Source of the DNA: Felis catus
Taxonomy: Eukaryota
Length of the DNA: 63,820 nucleotides
NCBI RefSeq assembly: GCF_018350175.1
Contig: NC_058384.1
Span: 12,586,181 to 12,650,000 of the forward strand
Reading direction: 5' to 3'
A program made the position numbers and the translations under genes. This document shows positions 35,890 through 47,520 of this stretch, in pieces; within the stretch, counting starts at the first letter, position 1, and each line of letters starts with the position of its first letter. The notes below the pieces were generated by a model. The model was given only the letters and a program-made list of their open reading frames with translations. It did not search any database and was not told the DNA's origin.

Positions 35890-37509
35890 GAAAATGCGTG
35901 GGATAACCAACCGCAGCTGCCTTAATCTTGTGTTTGTTTAATTAACAGGAGGTGATGTAGATAAACCAAGTACTGGTCAGCAATCCCTAATAGCCAGGAT
36001 TTATTCGGGATCTAGAGAATGGAATAAAAAACCCATTTCCCCAATGTTTTATAAATCACTGTTTTGGCTGCTGAGACTAACTCACAATCGGGGACCTACA
36101 GAAACCCTGCAATTGCACCAAGGCTTCCTGGTTCATTGTTCCTATAGTTTGGACCCAGGCTTTACAACCATACCCGAGGCGTATTAGGCCAGGAAGTCGA
36201 GGGGTTGGTGTGTGTTTTTATTATGCTTCCACTGATCTGGGCTTAAAAGGCACTAAATATTGTGTGGTTTCTTTTCTTTCCTTCAAATGTGCACGAATGC
36301 TTGAATGGGATATTGTGACTGAAAACCTTCACTCTCGGCACTGATCACCTGGGGGTCTGTTTTCAACCCTCTGAAGATTCCCGAAAGCAGGCCTTCCCCT
36401 TAAAAGCAGGATCCTTAAAGCAGGATCGTTCAGACCGTAAAGATCCATGAGCCCAAGATTTCCTGCTTGGAGTCCTTCTGGCCTCAGTCGCCTGGTTTAG
36501 CTTCGCCCATCGTTCAAGTCTCCATCTAACGGCCAGACCCCAGTTTTGTCTTGTGACCGGTGGATAAAGTCAACCTCACCCAAATCAATGAAAGCTAAAA
36601 TTTAAATTATTTACGAAGAATTCATTCTGCTGCTCCGTATCTCCCTTCCACCAGAATTTGAGAAGCTTAAACTTGATACACAAAGCACATCCTGAGGATG
36701 GCTGGCAGGTCTTTGTTGAAGGGCTTAGATACCGAAAGAACAGAACGGGACAGGCGGGGTCATAGGCATTTAGATTTCTCTCGAAGGAACACTAGCACTA
36801 ATATCAGTTCCCACTGCAACTAAATTAAGATGGTTTTTCCAGAAGGAGTTAGCATTCAACCGTAGTACATTTACAGTGGAGGCTTCCAAAAGGGACGTGT
36901 GTTTCTCCTCGCTTTCTCCACTCATAATTTCAATTAGGAACACACTGACAAACCCCAGAACACAGTTTCTGGGAGAATCTTACTTCTATTATGCTAATTT
37001 CATGAACCCAGAGAAAAAGGGGGGGGGAGCTTGTAATTTATCATGGCAAATGATACCAAGCTAAACCTCTGACAGGCTGTATCTATAAAAAGATATGCGA
37101 CTGACCGCTATTTCTTTCTTTTCTGGAAGGGTCGGGGAGCTCTGGATGCGGAGGCCGAATGAACTGATGATTCAGGACTGCCTTGCAGATACAGTCCGTT
37201 CACGTAGAAGGAGATGCTGAATATCAGGGCGAATTTTGCCAGCGTGTTAAGGCACGTATTTTAAAAGCATTTAAGGAGAAAATAGTGGCCACAGTTCATC
37301 GGAGCTCAAACACGAGAAGGTGACAAAACGCAGTGGTACTGCAAAGCCAAGTAAAATAGACTGAATGAGCAAACAAATTTTCCCACTTCCTTGATGCACT
37401 TCGTCAAGCTATCTTCTCACAGCTACCGTGGTGATCAAAACAAATTTAGGTCTTGTTAGCCCTGCTTATTTCAAACTGGGCAAAATTCCCATTGCACTTT
37501 GAATAAAAT

Positions 37510-37880
37510 ACAGATCCTCTCAAATCCGATTTCTTACCATGTCTTTCTCCAATCATTATTCCACAAGTTGCGGTACCGTGGAACTTTCCTACCTCAGGGC
37601 CTTTGCACATCGTAAGCCAGCTGCCTAGAGTTCTCTTTTCCCCCAATTTGACCAGACTATCTCCTTCTAGCAATCGGGGCTCCATTCTAGCCATCACATC
37701 AAATGTAGCCCACAGATACATCGACTACCACGTTTATCTTGTTTCATTTTCTCTGTAAGACTCTATCTGGAGTCACCTTGGTTTAGATGTTAAATACCTT
37801 TCTTCCCTACAAAATGGAAATTCAAAGATCGGGAACCTGTGTGTTCTGTTCGCTGTTATATTTCCAACATTTTGACATAG
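37510..37880 (+). mobile_element. L2 3' fragment
   Basis: ctacctcagggcctttgcacat...gggaacctgtgtgttctgttcgctgttatatttccaac. Confidence 0.6.
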
Positions 37881-37894
37881 TTAAAGACAAAACG

Positions 37895-38117
37895 GGGGCG
37901 CCTGGGTGGCGCAGTCGGTTAAGCGTCCGACTTCAGCCAGGTCACGATCTCGCGGTCTGTGAGTTCGAGCCCCGCGTCGGGCTCTGTGCTGACAGCTCAG
38001 AGCCTGGAGCCTGTTTCCGATTCTGTGTCTCCCTCTCTCTCTGCCCCTCCCCCATTCATGCTCTGTCTCTCTCTGTCCCAAAATAAATAAACATTGAAAA
38101 AAAAATTAAAAAAAAAA
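37895..38117 (+). mobile_element. young felid CAN-SINE
   Basis: TSD aaagacaaaacg at 37883-37894 and 38118-38129; long A tail. Confidence 0.97.
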
Positions 38118-38269
38118 AAAGACAAAACGCCATCTTCTAAATCAAGATTGAGATGACTTAGAAGGGGGTAGTTTTGTGATCAAGACAGCATGAAGTCAAG
38201 GGTATGTGTTGTAGCCAGATAGAATTAGGGATGGCCAGGGAACAAAGTGTAAATTTACGGTCAGTGTGA

Positions 38270-38520
38270 CACTATAGAAAGAATATGAACTTGGAATCAG
38301 ACCTGAGCTCAAATTCCAGCCTGCCACTTACTAGTTGTTTGACCTTGGGCAAGGTACTTACAACTTTAGTGAGGCTCGTTTTCCTTATTTAAAGGAACAG
38401 AGAATAGCCAGCATTTACAAATGACTATTTTGCAGTGTTTTTGAAAATTACAGGACATTATGCATGTCAAGCGGCTAGGCCTGTGCCTATAAATTGTCAG
38501 TAAGTGGTAAGTTATTGTGA
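38270..38520 (+). mobile_element. MIR SINE
   Basis: ttggaatcagacctgagctcaaattccagcctgccacttactagttgtttgaccttgggcaagg. Confidence 0.8.
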
Positions 38521-38965
38521 CAGGCATTATCTGTTACCCTCCCAACAGCTTTATTTTCTTTTTCCTTGATAACACAGCCCTAATTTTTTTTTGACAGTGG
38601 TATTTATTCTACTTTTATTTCAAAGCCATGTAACTGTCTCATATAACTATCAATATTGATTGTACATATAACTGTCAGTAACTGCACTTTTTAAAATTTT
38701 CCTGAGACAACTTGGGCATTTTTGGACTCAAAGCCAGTATTCTTACCCTTCTTACTTTTCTGATCAATTTTTCCAACATTTAAATTTTTTCTGGACATAG
38801 TCCTGACTTCATTCAGGGTGACAACACCTAGGCCCAGGTGATGAATCATGTTTGATCTAAGACGCTTGTAAGTAACGTGTTCCTTGTTTTCCCCAACTCC
38901 TTTGCAATTACAGGTGGTCATATGACCCAATTCTGGATAATCCATCTAGAACTAAGGGGCAGTTG

Positions 38966-38969
<4 letters not shown>

Positions 38970-39006
<37 letters not shown>
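38970..39006. repeat. (GT)18 microsatellite
   Basis: Direct reading. Confidence 0.97.
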
Positions 39007-39008
<2 letters not shown>

Positions 39009-39212
39009 GCTGGTAGATCGTTTAAAGGTGATGGCAGGACAATATATGTTACTTGTACCCCAAGTTAGCTGGTTCAATGTCACTTGGATATTTACAAAGT
39101 AAAATCAGGGATGGATTATCAATTTCTTTAAAGTCACACATTAAACATGAGAGAGGTTAGGAATCTGGATTTTAAATTTCATTAGTTAAGTCTGGTCGTG
39201 CTCAGGATAGCA

Positions 39213-39291
39213 GTATTTTATTGTATTTTATTGTAGAAAACACTGGCTGTATTTTATTGTAGACACTGGCTGTATTTTATTGTAGAAAACA
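39213..39291. repeat. compound tandem repeat, 23-26 bp unit tgtattttattgtag(aaa)acactggc
   Basis: Three units plus a 10-bp sub-repeat. Confidence 0.9.
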
Positions 39292-39576
39292 ATAGCTTGT
39301 GTATTTATCAAAAGCCAAGTTTAAAAAAAATCTGCTTTTCATTTTCAATGTTAACCTCCTTTTATTTCCTTTGATAAAAACAAAATATATTCTGTTTATG
39401 TTGCCGGATATTCGAGTAAAGAACAAACATCATTCACAAAAAGCTGCATTTTAAAAAACCCTATTTTAGATCGAAAAAATTTAAAGTGTTTATAAGAAAA
39501 ATGGCTTAAGATAAAACTGACAGAAATTAAAAAATGTTCTATTATACTATGTGCTATATAAAATATACCATGTTTT

Positions 39577-39796
39577 GGGAGCTTGGGTGGCTCTGTCGGT
39601 TGAGCGTCCGACTTCGTCTCGGGTCACGATCTCACAGTTCATGGGTTTGAGCCCCGCGTCGGGCTCCGTGCTGACAGCTCAGAGCCTGGAGCCTGCTTCG
39701 GATTCTGTGTCTCCCTCTCTCTCTCTCTGCTCCTCCCCCGCTCATGCTCCGTCTCTCTCTCTCTCTCCTTCAAAAATAAAAACATTAAAAAAAATT
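39577..39796 (+). mobile_element. felid CAN-SINE
   Basis: TSD taaaatataccatg / taaaatacaccatg. Confidence 0.94.
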
Positions 39797-39889
39797 TAAA
39801 ATACACCATGCTATATTGTAGGAGGCTAGAATGTTTAAACAACACTAATATAGTTTTAGGTACCTAGTTAACTGTTAATTTGCTTCATA

Positions 39890-40070
39890 GGAAGTAACAT
39901 TTATGTAGTGTCACTCTGTGCAGGTATCTTTAAGTATACTCATTCACTTAGTCTTCGCATTAACTCTGTGGATTTGGTACCACGGTCACGCCCAGACGTT
40001 GACTGCTTGGCTCGGGCAGAGCAAATCTGAACCAGAGTCTGGCTCTAGACTGTACCTTCTTGCCCACTCC
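39890..40070 (-). mobile_element. MIR fragment
   Basis: cattcacttagtcttcgc...caaatctgaaccagagtctggctctagac. Confidence 0.6.
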
Positions 40071-40203
40071 ACTCTGCTGCCTCCCGAGTAATATTAATCA
40101 TTAGCTTTCATATGAGAATACTTGTATTCCTTCTTTGGGCCACACTTCTTAACTCGTTTCCTTTTCAGTGCCTTAGCCGAGCATTTAAAGATAACGCCCC
40201 CAT

Positions 40204-40436
40204 GGGGCGCCTGGGTGGCGCAGTCGGTTAAGCGTCCGACTTCAGCCAGGTCACGATCTCGCGGTCCGTGAGTTCGAGCCCCGCGTCGGGCTCTGGGCTG
40301 ATGGCTCAGAGCCTGGAGCCTGTTTCCGATTCTGTGTCTCCCTCTCTCTCTGCCCCTTCCCCGTTCATGCTCTGTCTCTCTCTGTCCCCAAAAAAATAAA
40401 TAAACGTTGAAAAAAAAAATTAAAAAAAAAAAAAAA
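40204..40436 (+). mobile_element. young felid CAN-SINE
   Basis: 15-bp TSD aaagataacgcccca at 40187-40201 and 40437-40451; long A tail. Confidence 0.97.
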
Positions 40437-40599
40437 AAAGATAACGCCCCATTTATTATTCCACACACTTGGGGAGAAATGGATTTACCACCCTCTCCTA
40501 CCCTATTCTCCCAGGAAGCTAACACATTAGGAGGCGGATCACTAGTACCAAGGTGCACTCCACCAGTTAGAACACAACTCCCTCCGGAGAGAATCCAAA

Positions 40600-41345
40600 T
40601 TCTCACCCACTGTGAGAAGAAACGATCGGTTTCGGAAGCGCTGCCCTAGCCGTATTCAGCTTGGAAAACCCTAGCTCCAATTCCGCCATTTCTAACCATT
40701 TCACGGCCTGGATTTCGGGGCTGTGGGTGTATCTGACTCCGCCTTCTGGGGGAGCCCCCCAGGTGTTGTCGTTCTCTTTTTCTGCCTGCCGTGGAGACTC
40801 GGGAAATGTGGACGACGATGAGGACTTCTGGCCTGGGTGTTATGGGTGGAACCGAAGTTTCAGGAAGGGAGCGGGACAGTTTGTCCCCGCGGTTGTCTGT
40901 GCGTGACGAGGCCGACTATGGGGGGAGAAAAGAGCTAAGGGAAAAGCAAGAGCTGGAAGTAGGTAATGGAAGAGAGCAGAGGCTATGAGAAGAGTGAGAA
41001 AGCGGGGGGTCTGGGTGTGGGGGGTGAAATGAGCACTCGGAGAGTGTGGGGGCAGAAAGAGTCTGTTCTCCCAGACTCTCGCTCCTAGAGGCTGTTTAAA
41101 GAAGTTTAAAGGAAGCTGCCCAGAACGCCTCTCTGCTTGGATGCTCCTTAGGCATCAAGGAAATAGTACTCGTTTGCTCTCTGTAGGGGCCCGCCTCTGC
41201 GTCTGCTGCCCTCACCCCGCCTTCCCTCCGCTTCCCGTCAACGGCTGCTGGGTGCTCGCCCTGAAGCGGCCCATCCTGGAGCAGATCGTGCTGGAAAGCC
41301 GCTTTTCCACTTATGGGGAAACCACAAGGACGGTTCTAAAATGGC
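40600..41345. promoter_or_regulatory. CpG-rich promoter-like region, possibly bidirectional
   Basis: Non-repeat sequence with locally high CpG; YY1 motif CCGCCATTT 40683-40691; ETS-like CGGAAG near 40633; GC-box-like ccccgcc near 41215; minus-strand donor GG|GTGAGA at 40607/40606 and plus-strand donor AG|GTAATG at 40962/40963. Confidence 0.5.
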
Positions 41346-41837
41346 AGTCCCAGCTTGCTCCCCACAGTTATGCTCTTTTTCTCTCCCTCTCGCCTTCAAG
41401 TATTCTTTTTAGTTCTGAGTATGGAACTTAGCTACTAGCTAAGAAGAAGAAGAACTCTGGCTACTAGCTAGAGCTAGCTCTGGGGCAAAGTTCGAAAGGA
41501 GTTTCTGTGGAATTCTGCCGCCCCGGGATGCAGACTGGCAGCCGCCACCTTATCTTTCTTTCGGTCCTTAGCATCCCACCCATGAGCTCCTGCCCACCTC
41601 TCTTAAGTCTGGTCCCACAAAAGTCTCTAATCACCTCTCAGTTCATGATTCAAATGCAGAGCGTTCAGGCCTTTTGTTGGCTGAATTCTTTTGGATCACA
41701 TTTTTTTCATCCCCAAATCTTGGTCCCAAGTCTTCCTTCTCATTCCCCCCCCCCCCCCACTGGTTCCTCCTTTTTGGTCTCCTCCTTACATTGCAACATC
41801 CCTGGGCTTCTGGTTCTGTCATCCTCGCCTTCTTCCC

Positions 41838-42296
41838 TATTATGCGTCAAATTGCGTCCCCCTCCGAAAAGATATGCTAAAATCTTGACTCCTCCCAGTA
41901 TCTCAGAATGTGACCTTATTTGGAAAGAGGGTCACTGTGCAGATACAATTAGCTACGTTAACAGAGGCTGTACTAAGGTAGGGTTGGTTCTGAGTCCAAT
42001 ATGACAGGTGTCCACATAAGTAAAAGGACATGTAGACACAGCGTATTCACTGCGAAGACAGCCACGTGAAGACAGAGGCAAGGATTGGAGCGATGCTCCC
42101 ACAAGCCAAGGAACACCTGGACCACCAGAGAGTGTGAGAGGCAGGAGAAGTCCCCTCCTTGAGAAGCTTCAGAGGCGTCATGGCCCTGCCACCACCCTGG
42201 TTCCAGACGCAGGCCCCAGAACTGTGACACAGTACGTTTCGTTGTTTTTAGCCCAGTCTGTGGGTACGTTGTTCCTGCAGTCCCGTGAAAGTAACA
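41838..42296 (+). mobile_element. MLT1B-like MaLR solo LTR
   Basis: tattatgcgtcaaattgcgtcccc...gaatgtgaccttatttggaaagagggtc...cacaagccaaggaacacctg...ccagaactgtgac. Confidence 0.87.
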
Positions 42297-42569
42297 GCCC
42301 TCCCCTCCTTCTCATCCCCACCCCCGTTCTCTTCCCTTCTTCTCTCTTTTCTTCCCTTTCCCTGGATAACCATCACAGCTGCTCCCATGACTTCCGTTAC
42401 CGCATACATCCTGACAGATCCTGGACTCCCAAACCAAATGTGTTATTTCCCATTTATCTTCTTCATCCATGTGTCCTGCAGGCTTTTGGAACCCTACACA
42501 TTTAACCCGGGGCTCGAATGTGCTGTCCTTTCTACATTTTTGGGGCAGGTTGTATTTTCATGGGAGGAC

Positions 42570-43060
42570 CGCCACGACAGATCTCACTGTGATCTTGTTT
42601 GTCAGTCCTCCCATCCAGAGCTGTTCCCTCCCTGAACCAGGGTGGACGTCTGTGACCACTTTGATCGGCGAAGTGACTGGTGGGAGAAGAGACCTTATGT
42701 AACTTCCACAGCCAAGTCATAATGACTCCGTTCACTCCAACCTGGTTCTCTTGGAATACTTGCTATTGGAACCCAGCCACCATACTGTGAGAAAGCCTAG
42801 ACCATGGAGATGCTCTGGTCAATAACTCCAAGCAAAGTTCCAGTTGACAGTCAAGGTGAGCCTCCAGGCATGACTGAGGAAGCCTTTGATATGACTCCAG
42901 CCACAGACACCAGCTGACTGCAACACATGAGAGACCTTGAGCAAGAACCCTATGGCTAAGCCCAGGGAGCTTCTACACTGATAGGAGCCGATAATAAAAT
43001 GATTGTGTTATTTTAAGCCACCAGGCTCTGGGGTAAATCATTATGCAACAATAGAGAACT
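42570..43060 (+). mobile_element. old MaLR LTR (MLT1H-like)
   Basis: tggaacccagccaccatactgtgagaaagcctag...cagctgactgcaacacatgagagaccttgagcaagaacc...ttttaagccacc. Confidence 0.7.
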
Positions 43061-43089
43061 TGAGCAGCTCTCTAGTTTGGTTGAGGAAA

Positions 43090-43990
43090 CAACATTTCCT
43101 AAGTCACATAGGCTTGTATTCTCAGTCATCTGTGATTCTTCCTTCTCGTTCCACCAACTTAATCAATATTCTAGTACCTTGTACATTTTTGTTGAGTATC
43201 CTTCTCTTTAGAGTCTCTGTTTCCTTGCCTTGTGGATACCATTGCCTTAATGTGTATGAAAGAGGGTGAGGACTGAATCTGACTGATATCTCAGCCCCAG
43301 CCTCTTCCTGATTGAACCCATCCTCAGGCTCATGGTAGAATGGTCTTTTTTAAATGCACATCTGACCATGTCACTTCCTTGCCTTCTGCATTAAAAGTAA
43401 TGTCCTCTTGGCGCGCCTAGGTGGCTCAGTAGGTTAAATGTCTGACTCTTGGTTTCCACTCAGGTCATGATTCTGTGGGTTGGAGCCCCCATAGGGCTCT
43501 GCACTGATGGTGTGGAGCCTGCTTAGGATTCTCTCTCTCCCTCTCTCTCTGCCTCTCTTCAAATAATAAATAAACTTAAAAAAAAGTAATGTCTACATAG
43601 GCAAAGATACTGCTTATGTAAGGTCTTCCTTAGATGGTTCCGAAAACTTCCTTCTAGTCTCATCGCTTGGCTTAGTACCCCATGCCACCTGCATCCGAGC
43701 CACTTTAGAGAATTCATTTTGTCCCAAAGACGCATCTTCTCTGCTTCTCTACCTTTGCCCATGATCTCTTTTCTTCCTGGAGTGGCTTTATTAGTTTTTG
43801 CTGTCCAACAAACTCTCATTTATCCTTCAAGACCTAGATTACATATCACTGCTTAGAAGAACTTTCTTGGAACATCCCCTTGTCTCTCGGTAGAGTTACT
43901 CTTCCTCTCCTCCTGCAATACATCTCTTCATTGGAATGTTTTTTTTTTTCTCGGTGTCTCTTTCATTAAACTGAGAAGCCCCTAGCACTA
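43090..43990 (+). mobile_element. L2 fragment split by a SINE
   Basis: aaatgcacatctgaccatgtcacttcc...atccttcaagacctagattacatatcact; boundaries approximate. Confidence 0.6.
43410..43581 (+). mobile_element. CAN-SINE (older)
   Basis: TSD aaaagtaatgtc at 43393-43404 and 43582-43593. Confidence 0.92.
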
Positions 43991-44137
43991 GGACGATGTG
44001 CTAGATTCAGCATGGGATACTGGTGATTCTAAGGATGACAGGTATAACGCGGTTATGCTATTCACTCAATCATCCATCTATTCAATCATCTGTTTATTCC
44101 TTTATCAAATATTGCTTACCCATGGCTCTCTATTCTT

Positions 44138-44359
44138 TTTTAAGTTTTTTTTTGTAATGTTTATTTATTTTTGAGAGACAGAGAGAAACAGCACGAGCGC
44201 GAGAGGGGCAGAAAGCGAGGGAGACACAGAATCCGAAGCAGGCTCCGGGGTCTGAGTTGTCAGCACAGAGCCTGACGCGGGGCTCGAACTCATGAACCGT
44301 GAGATCGTGACCCGAGCCGAAATGGGCGCTTAACCAACTGAGCCACCCAGGCGTCCCCC
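44138..44359 (-). mobile_element. felid CAN-SINE
   Basis: 16-bp TSD atggctctctattctt at 44122-44137 and 44361-44376. Confidence 0.96.
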
Positions 44360-44489
44360 AATGGCTCTCTATTCTTGAGGAAAGAGTGAACATGTGACCT
44401 TTTTAACTTGGCTTAGTCTGAAAATCAAAGCCATTGCCTTTTGCCCGGGGAGCTCATAGGATACTTTGGGAACAACTTCAATAACAAAA

Positions 44490-44700
44490 TAAAACACATG
44501 TTTACGAAGCCAAACACTGTAATAGTCACTTCACATATATCATTACACTTAATCCTCACAAGAATATTGCAGTGTAGACTTTATTGTTGAGTAAACTGAT
44601 ACTCAGACATTAAAAAACTTGCCCAAGGTTACAGTCAGTAAATGACATTGCCAGGCTTGGATCTAAGTGTGTTTAGTTCTAAAAGCTCATTTACTTTCCA
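44490..44700 (-). mobile_element. MIR SINE
   Basis: cacttcacatatatcattacacttaatcctcacaag...aaacttgcccaaggttacag. Confidence 0.75.
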
Positions 44701-44789
44701 TAGTAGGTCACATTTTTCTTCTTCATTTAGCTTCAGTGGTCACCCCCTTAGTAATTACTGTGTTGTTACCATTTCCCCGACCACCCAGG

Positions 44790-45300
44790 TGTCCATCCGG
44801 TGAAGTAGCCAGCGGGGGTGGGGCCGTACAAGCCCTGACGGCCTTCCCACCCAGCTCCCCAAATCCCCATTCCCCCCCCAGCTGTCCGGTGAGCTGTACT
44901 TGACTTCCCTTCCCTCCTCGGTTGTCTGGAGCAATCCAGAAGGCGAGCGTTCACGGAGGGCACAGACAGAAGGTCCATGAGTCCAGCAGAGACGACTCGG
45001 GCAATCCTAATTGGAGACAGTCTTGCATTCAAATAGGGCACGTGGGAGGAGAGTCCCAGCTGAGTAAGGGCTGTGGGTGCGGTGGTGGCATCTGTGTGTG
45101 GGTCTTTGTGTCTGCGTGGGAGTGAGGCTGCAAGCACACGTGTTGTCTGCTGCCCGAGGCATCTGTGGCTGCCGTGGTTCTGGCTACCACTGGGCGTTTT
45201 CGTTGTCTGCCTGGCCACGTGCTCTTGGGCGCACATGTGGCCTCCGCGGGGTGCGCCGCTTGTGTCTGCGGAGGGGTGTCTGGGCACGTATGTGGGAGTG
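44790..45300. promoter_or_regulatory. CpG-rich segment with clustered E-boxes
   Basis: CACGTG at 45039, 45137 and 45216; CACATG at 45232; CACGTA near 45285; non-repeat, CpG-rich. Confidence 0.4.
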
Positions 45301-47379
45301 TTAAAGGAAGAGCTAACTTCTCATCAGAGCTTCCAGATTTCCATCCAGGGCCCAAGCGTCCAAATGAAAACAATGGCAGAAGCATAAGTGACATTTGCTA
45401 CTGATACCTGAACCAGGAGGCCAGAGAGGGGCATCGACGATGCATTGTGGCCCCTTTCTTCTCTTTCCAGCCTTCAAAGAATCTGCTCCCCGTCCGTTCC
45501 CCATCCACACCTCATCCCTTCTCTGTCCTGGTGAATTATTGGCCACTCCGCCCGGGCGTCATCAAACTGAATGATCGTTCTGGGTTTCTCCTCAAACAGG
45601 AGGGGAAGGCTGTAAGGTCTGGAGGAGGCTGGCGGGAGAAACGTCTAGACGGGAGGACACAGGAAGCCAGTGCCTGGGCTGTCACGTCGAATCAGCACAT
45701 TGCTTGCCAGGCACTGTGTTATACAGTCACACCCCTTCCTCAGTGTCCCCAAGTGGCAGGCCGACGCCCTAGAGGAGATCTAAGGTAAAATAGTAATTGG
45801 AATTATGATAGAATGTGAAACAAATCAATCAACGCAAGTTCTGTTTGTGCCGTATCAAAGTACAATTTGCAAAAGTTTTGGCTTTGATGAACAATTTACG
45901 AAAAAATGCAGAGGAAAAAAATCTATGAAAACCATCTAACGCAAAGCTCTTACTAATACTCGAATCAGACTTTACCCACCTCCAAATATTTTATTTATAA
46001 TCTCTGCTTCGGCTGGTGACTCTTCTACTTAGAAATGAAAACTTCTTATTTTTACACTTCTTGATTTGTGGACAGCTAGAGGAAGTACATTTGAGAGAGC
46101 GAGAGAGAGCAAGAGCAAGAGAAGACAGAAGAAAACAAAAGGCAGAAGAGAGGGAGGGAGTTAACAGGCCCGGCAGATATTGAGGGATTTTTATTTTTCT
46201 GTTGAATAACAGCAGTACAATCAAGACAGCAATGAGATGCTTCCTCCTAAATTGGAAATAGGGGAAATAAGTTTTGCCATCTGTGGGAGTAAGTCTGGAG
46301 ACTGTCTGTAAATATGTTCCTGAAGTGTTTGGGAACACACAAAACTCCAGTTAAGGTCACCTGGGTGTAATTTCAAGCAGGCGGTTCTAGAATGTGATTT
46401 TAATTTAGTAATTGGAACCCAATTGTGTTGTACTTTCTATGGAGAAAGAGTTAGTACAGAGAAGACAGTTCTGCCTGGACCAATGGGAAAGGGCGCTACA
46501 ACTGGGCAGTCTGGACACAGGGACCTGGGAGACCCAGAGGCTCGGTCAGCGCACGTGCTGTGGGGCAAAGCTTCTTCACCCTCAGCCCCGTCTCTAGCAT
46601 GCAGGTGAAGCTTTGCTTAAGGTCATACGTATTTCCAATTGCTTCTATTTTCTGCTTCGCTAAGTTGCGTTTTTATTATGGACTGTTCTGCTCATGAGAA
46701 GGTGGTATGATGGGTGGGGAAGGATCATGATTCCAAACCCTGGAAGGAGGGCTCATTCCAAAATAAGTGGAGGAAGAGGCAGTCAATTGGGTTGATCAAC
46801 ATCAATCTACCAGGAGTTCAATTAGTTTGAGACAGGCTTCCCAGGACTGAGGACAATGGAAAGACACCGACAAGGTAAGGGCCAGATCCAGACCTGTGTC
46901 CCCTGTGCAGACTGTTAGCGGCCAGGAAGCTGGCTTTCTTCCGGAAAGCACTTTGCTACTGACTACGTTGACTACTTAATACTGCTGGGTCATCCTTTAG
47001 CAACAGTACCTATAGAATGGGATAAAGCTTGTCGGTACATGCAAACTTCCAATCTTCTTCCCTGACGCTGAGAAGTACTCTAGCGTGGCCTACTTCGGGC
47101 TTTTTCTTTTCCCCACCGGGCAGCCGCAGTCCTGATTTGCTTGAATCTTTTTTGTTTTTGTTTTTTTAAGAGTTTGTGATGAAGGATTGAGAGGAAAATG
47201 TTGGGGGTAGAAAGGTCAGAAGACCAGTGCGTCAAGGAGAGTCACGGTGGTCTGTGCGAGAAGTGGACTGAAGAGAGAAAGAAGTGGTCTTGAAGGACTG
47301 TGTGCCAACTTCCTGGAGATGGAGGAGACAAAAGTCAAATTCTTGTTATTCTGAAATTATTTTTGGGGAGTGAAATGGA

Positions 47380-47503
47380 ATGACTTCTTTTCTTTCTTTT
47401 TTTCTTTTCTTTTTTTGTGAACTTTACACGCACTGTGGGGTTCAAATGCATGACCCCAAGACCAAGAGTCACATGTTCTACTGACTGAGCCAGCCAGATG
47501 CCC
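47380..47503 (-). mobile_element. short old CAN-SINE
   Basis: gtggggttcaaatgcatgaccccaagaccaagagtcac...ctgactgagccagccagatgccc with T-rich tail. Confidence 0.75.
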
Positions 47504-47520
47504 TAGAACACATTCCTTTA

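Noticed and set aside
37160-37222. C/D snoRNA or SECIS-like hairpin (tgatga...ggactg/cagtcc...ctga)
   Set aside because: Too short for a C/D snoRNA, imperfect C box, no terminal stem; lacks the SECIS GA quartet
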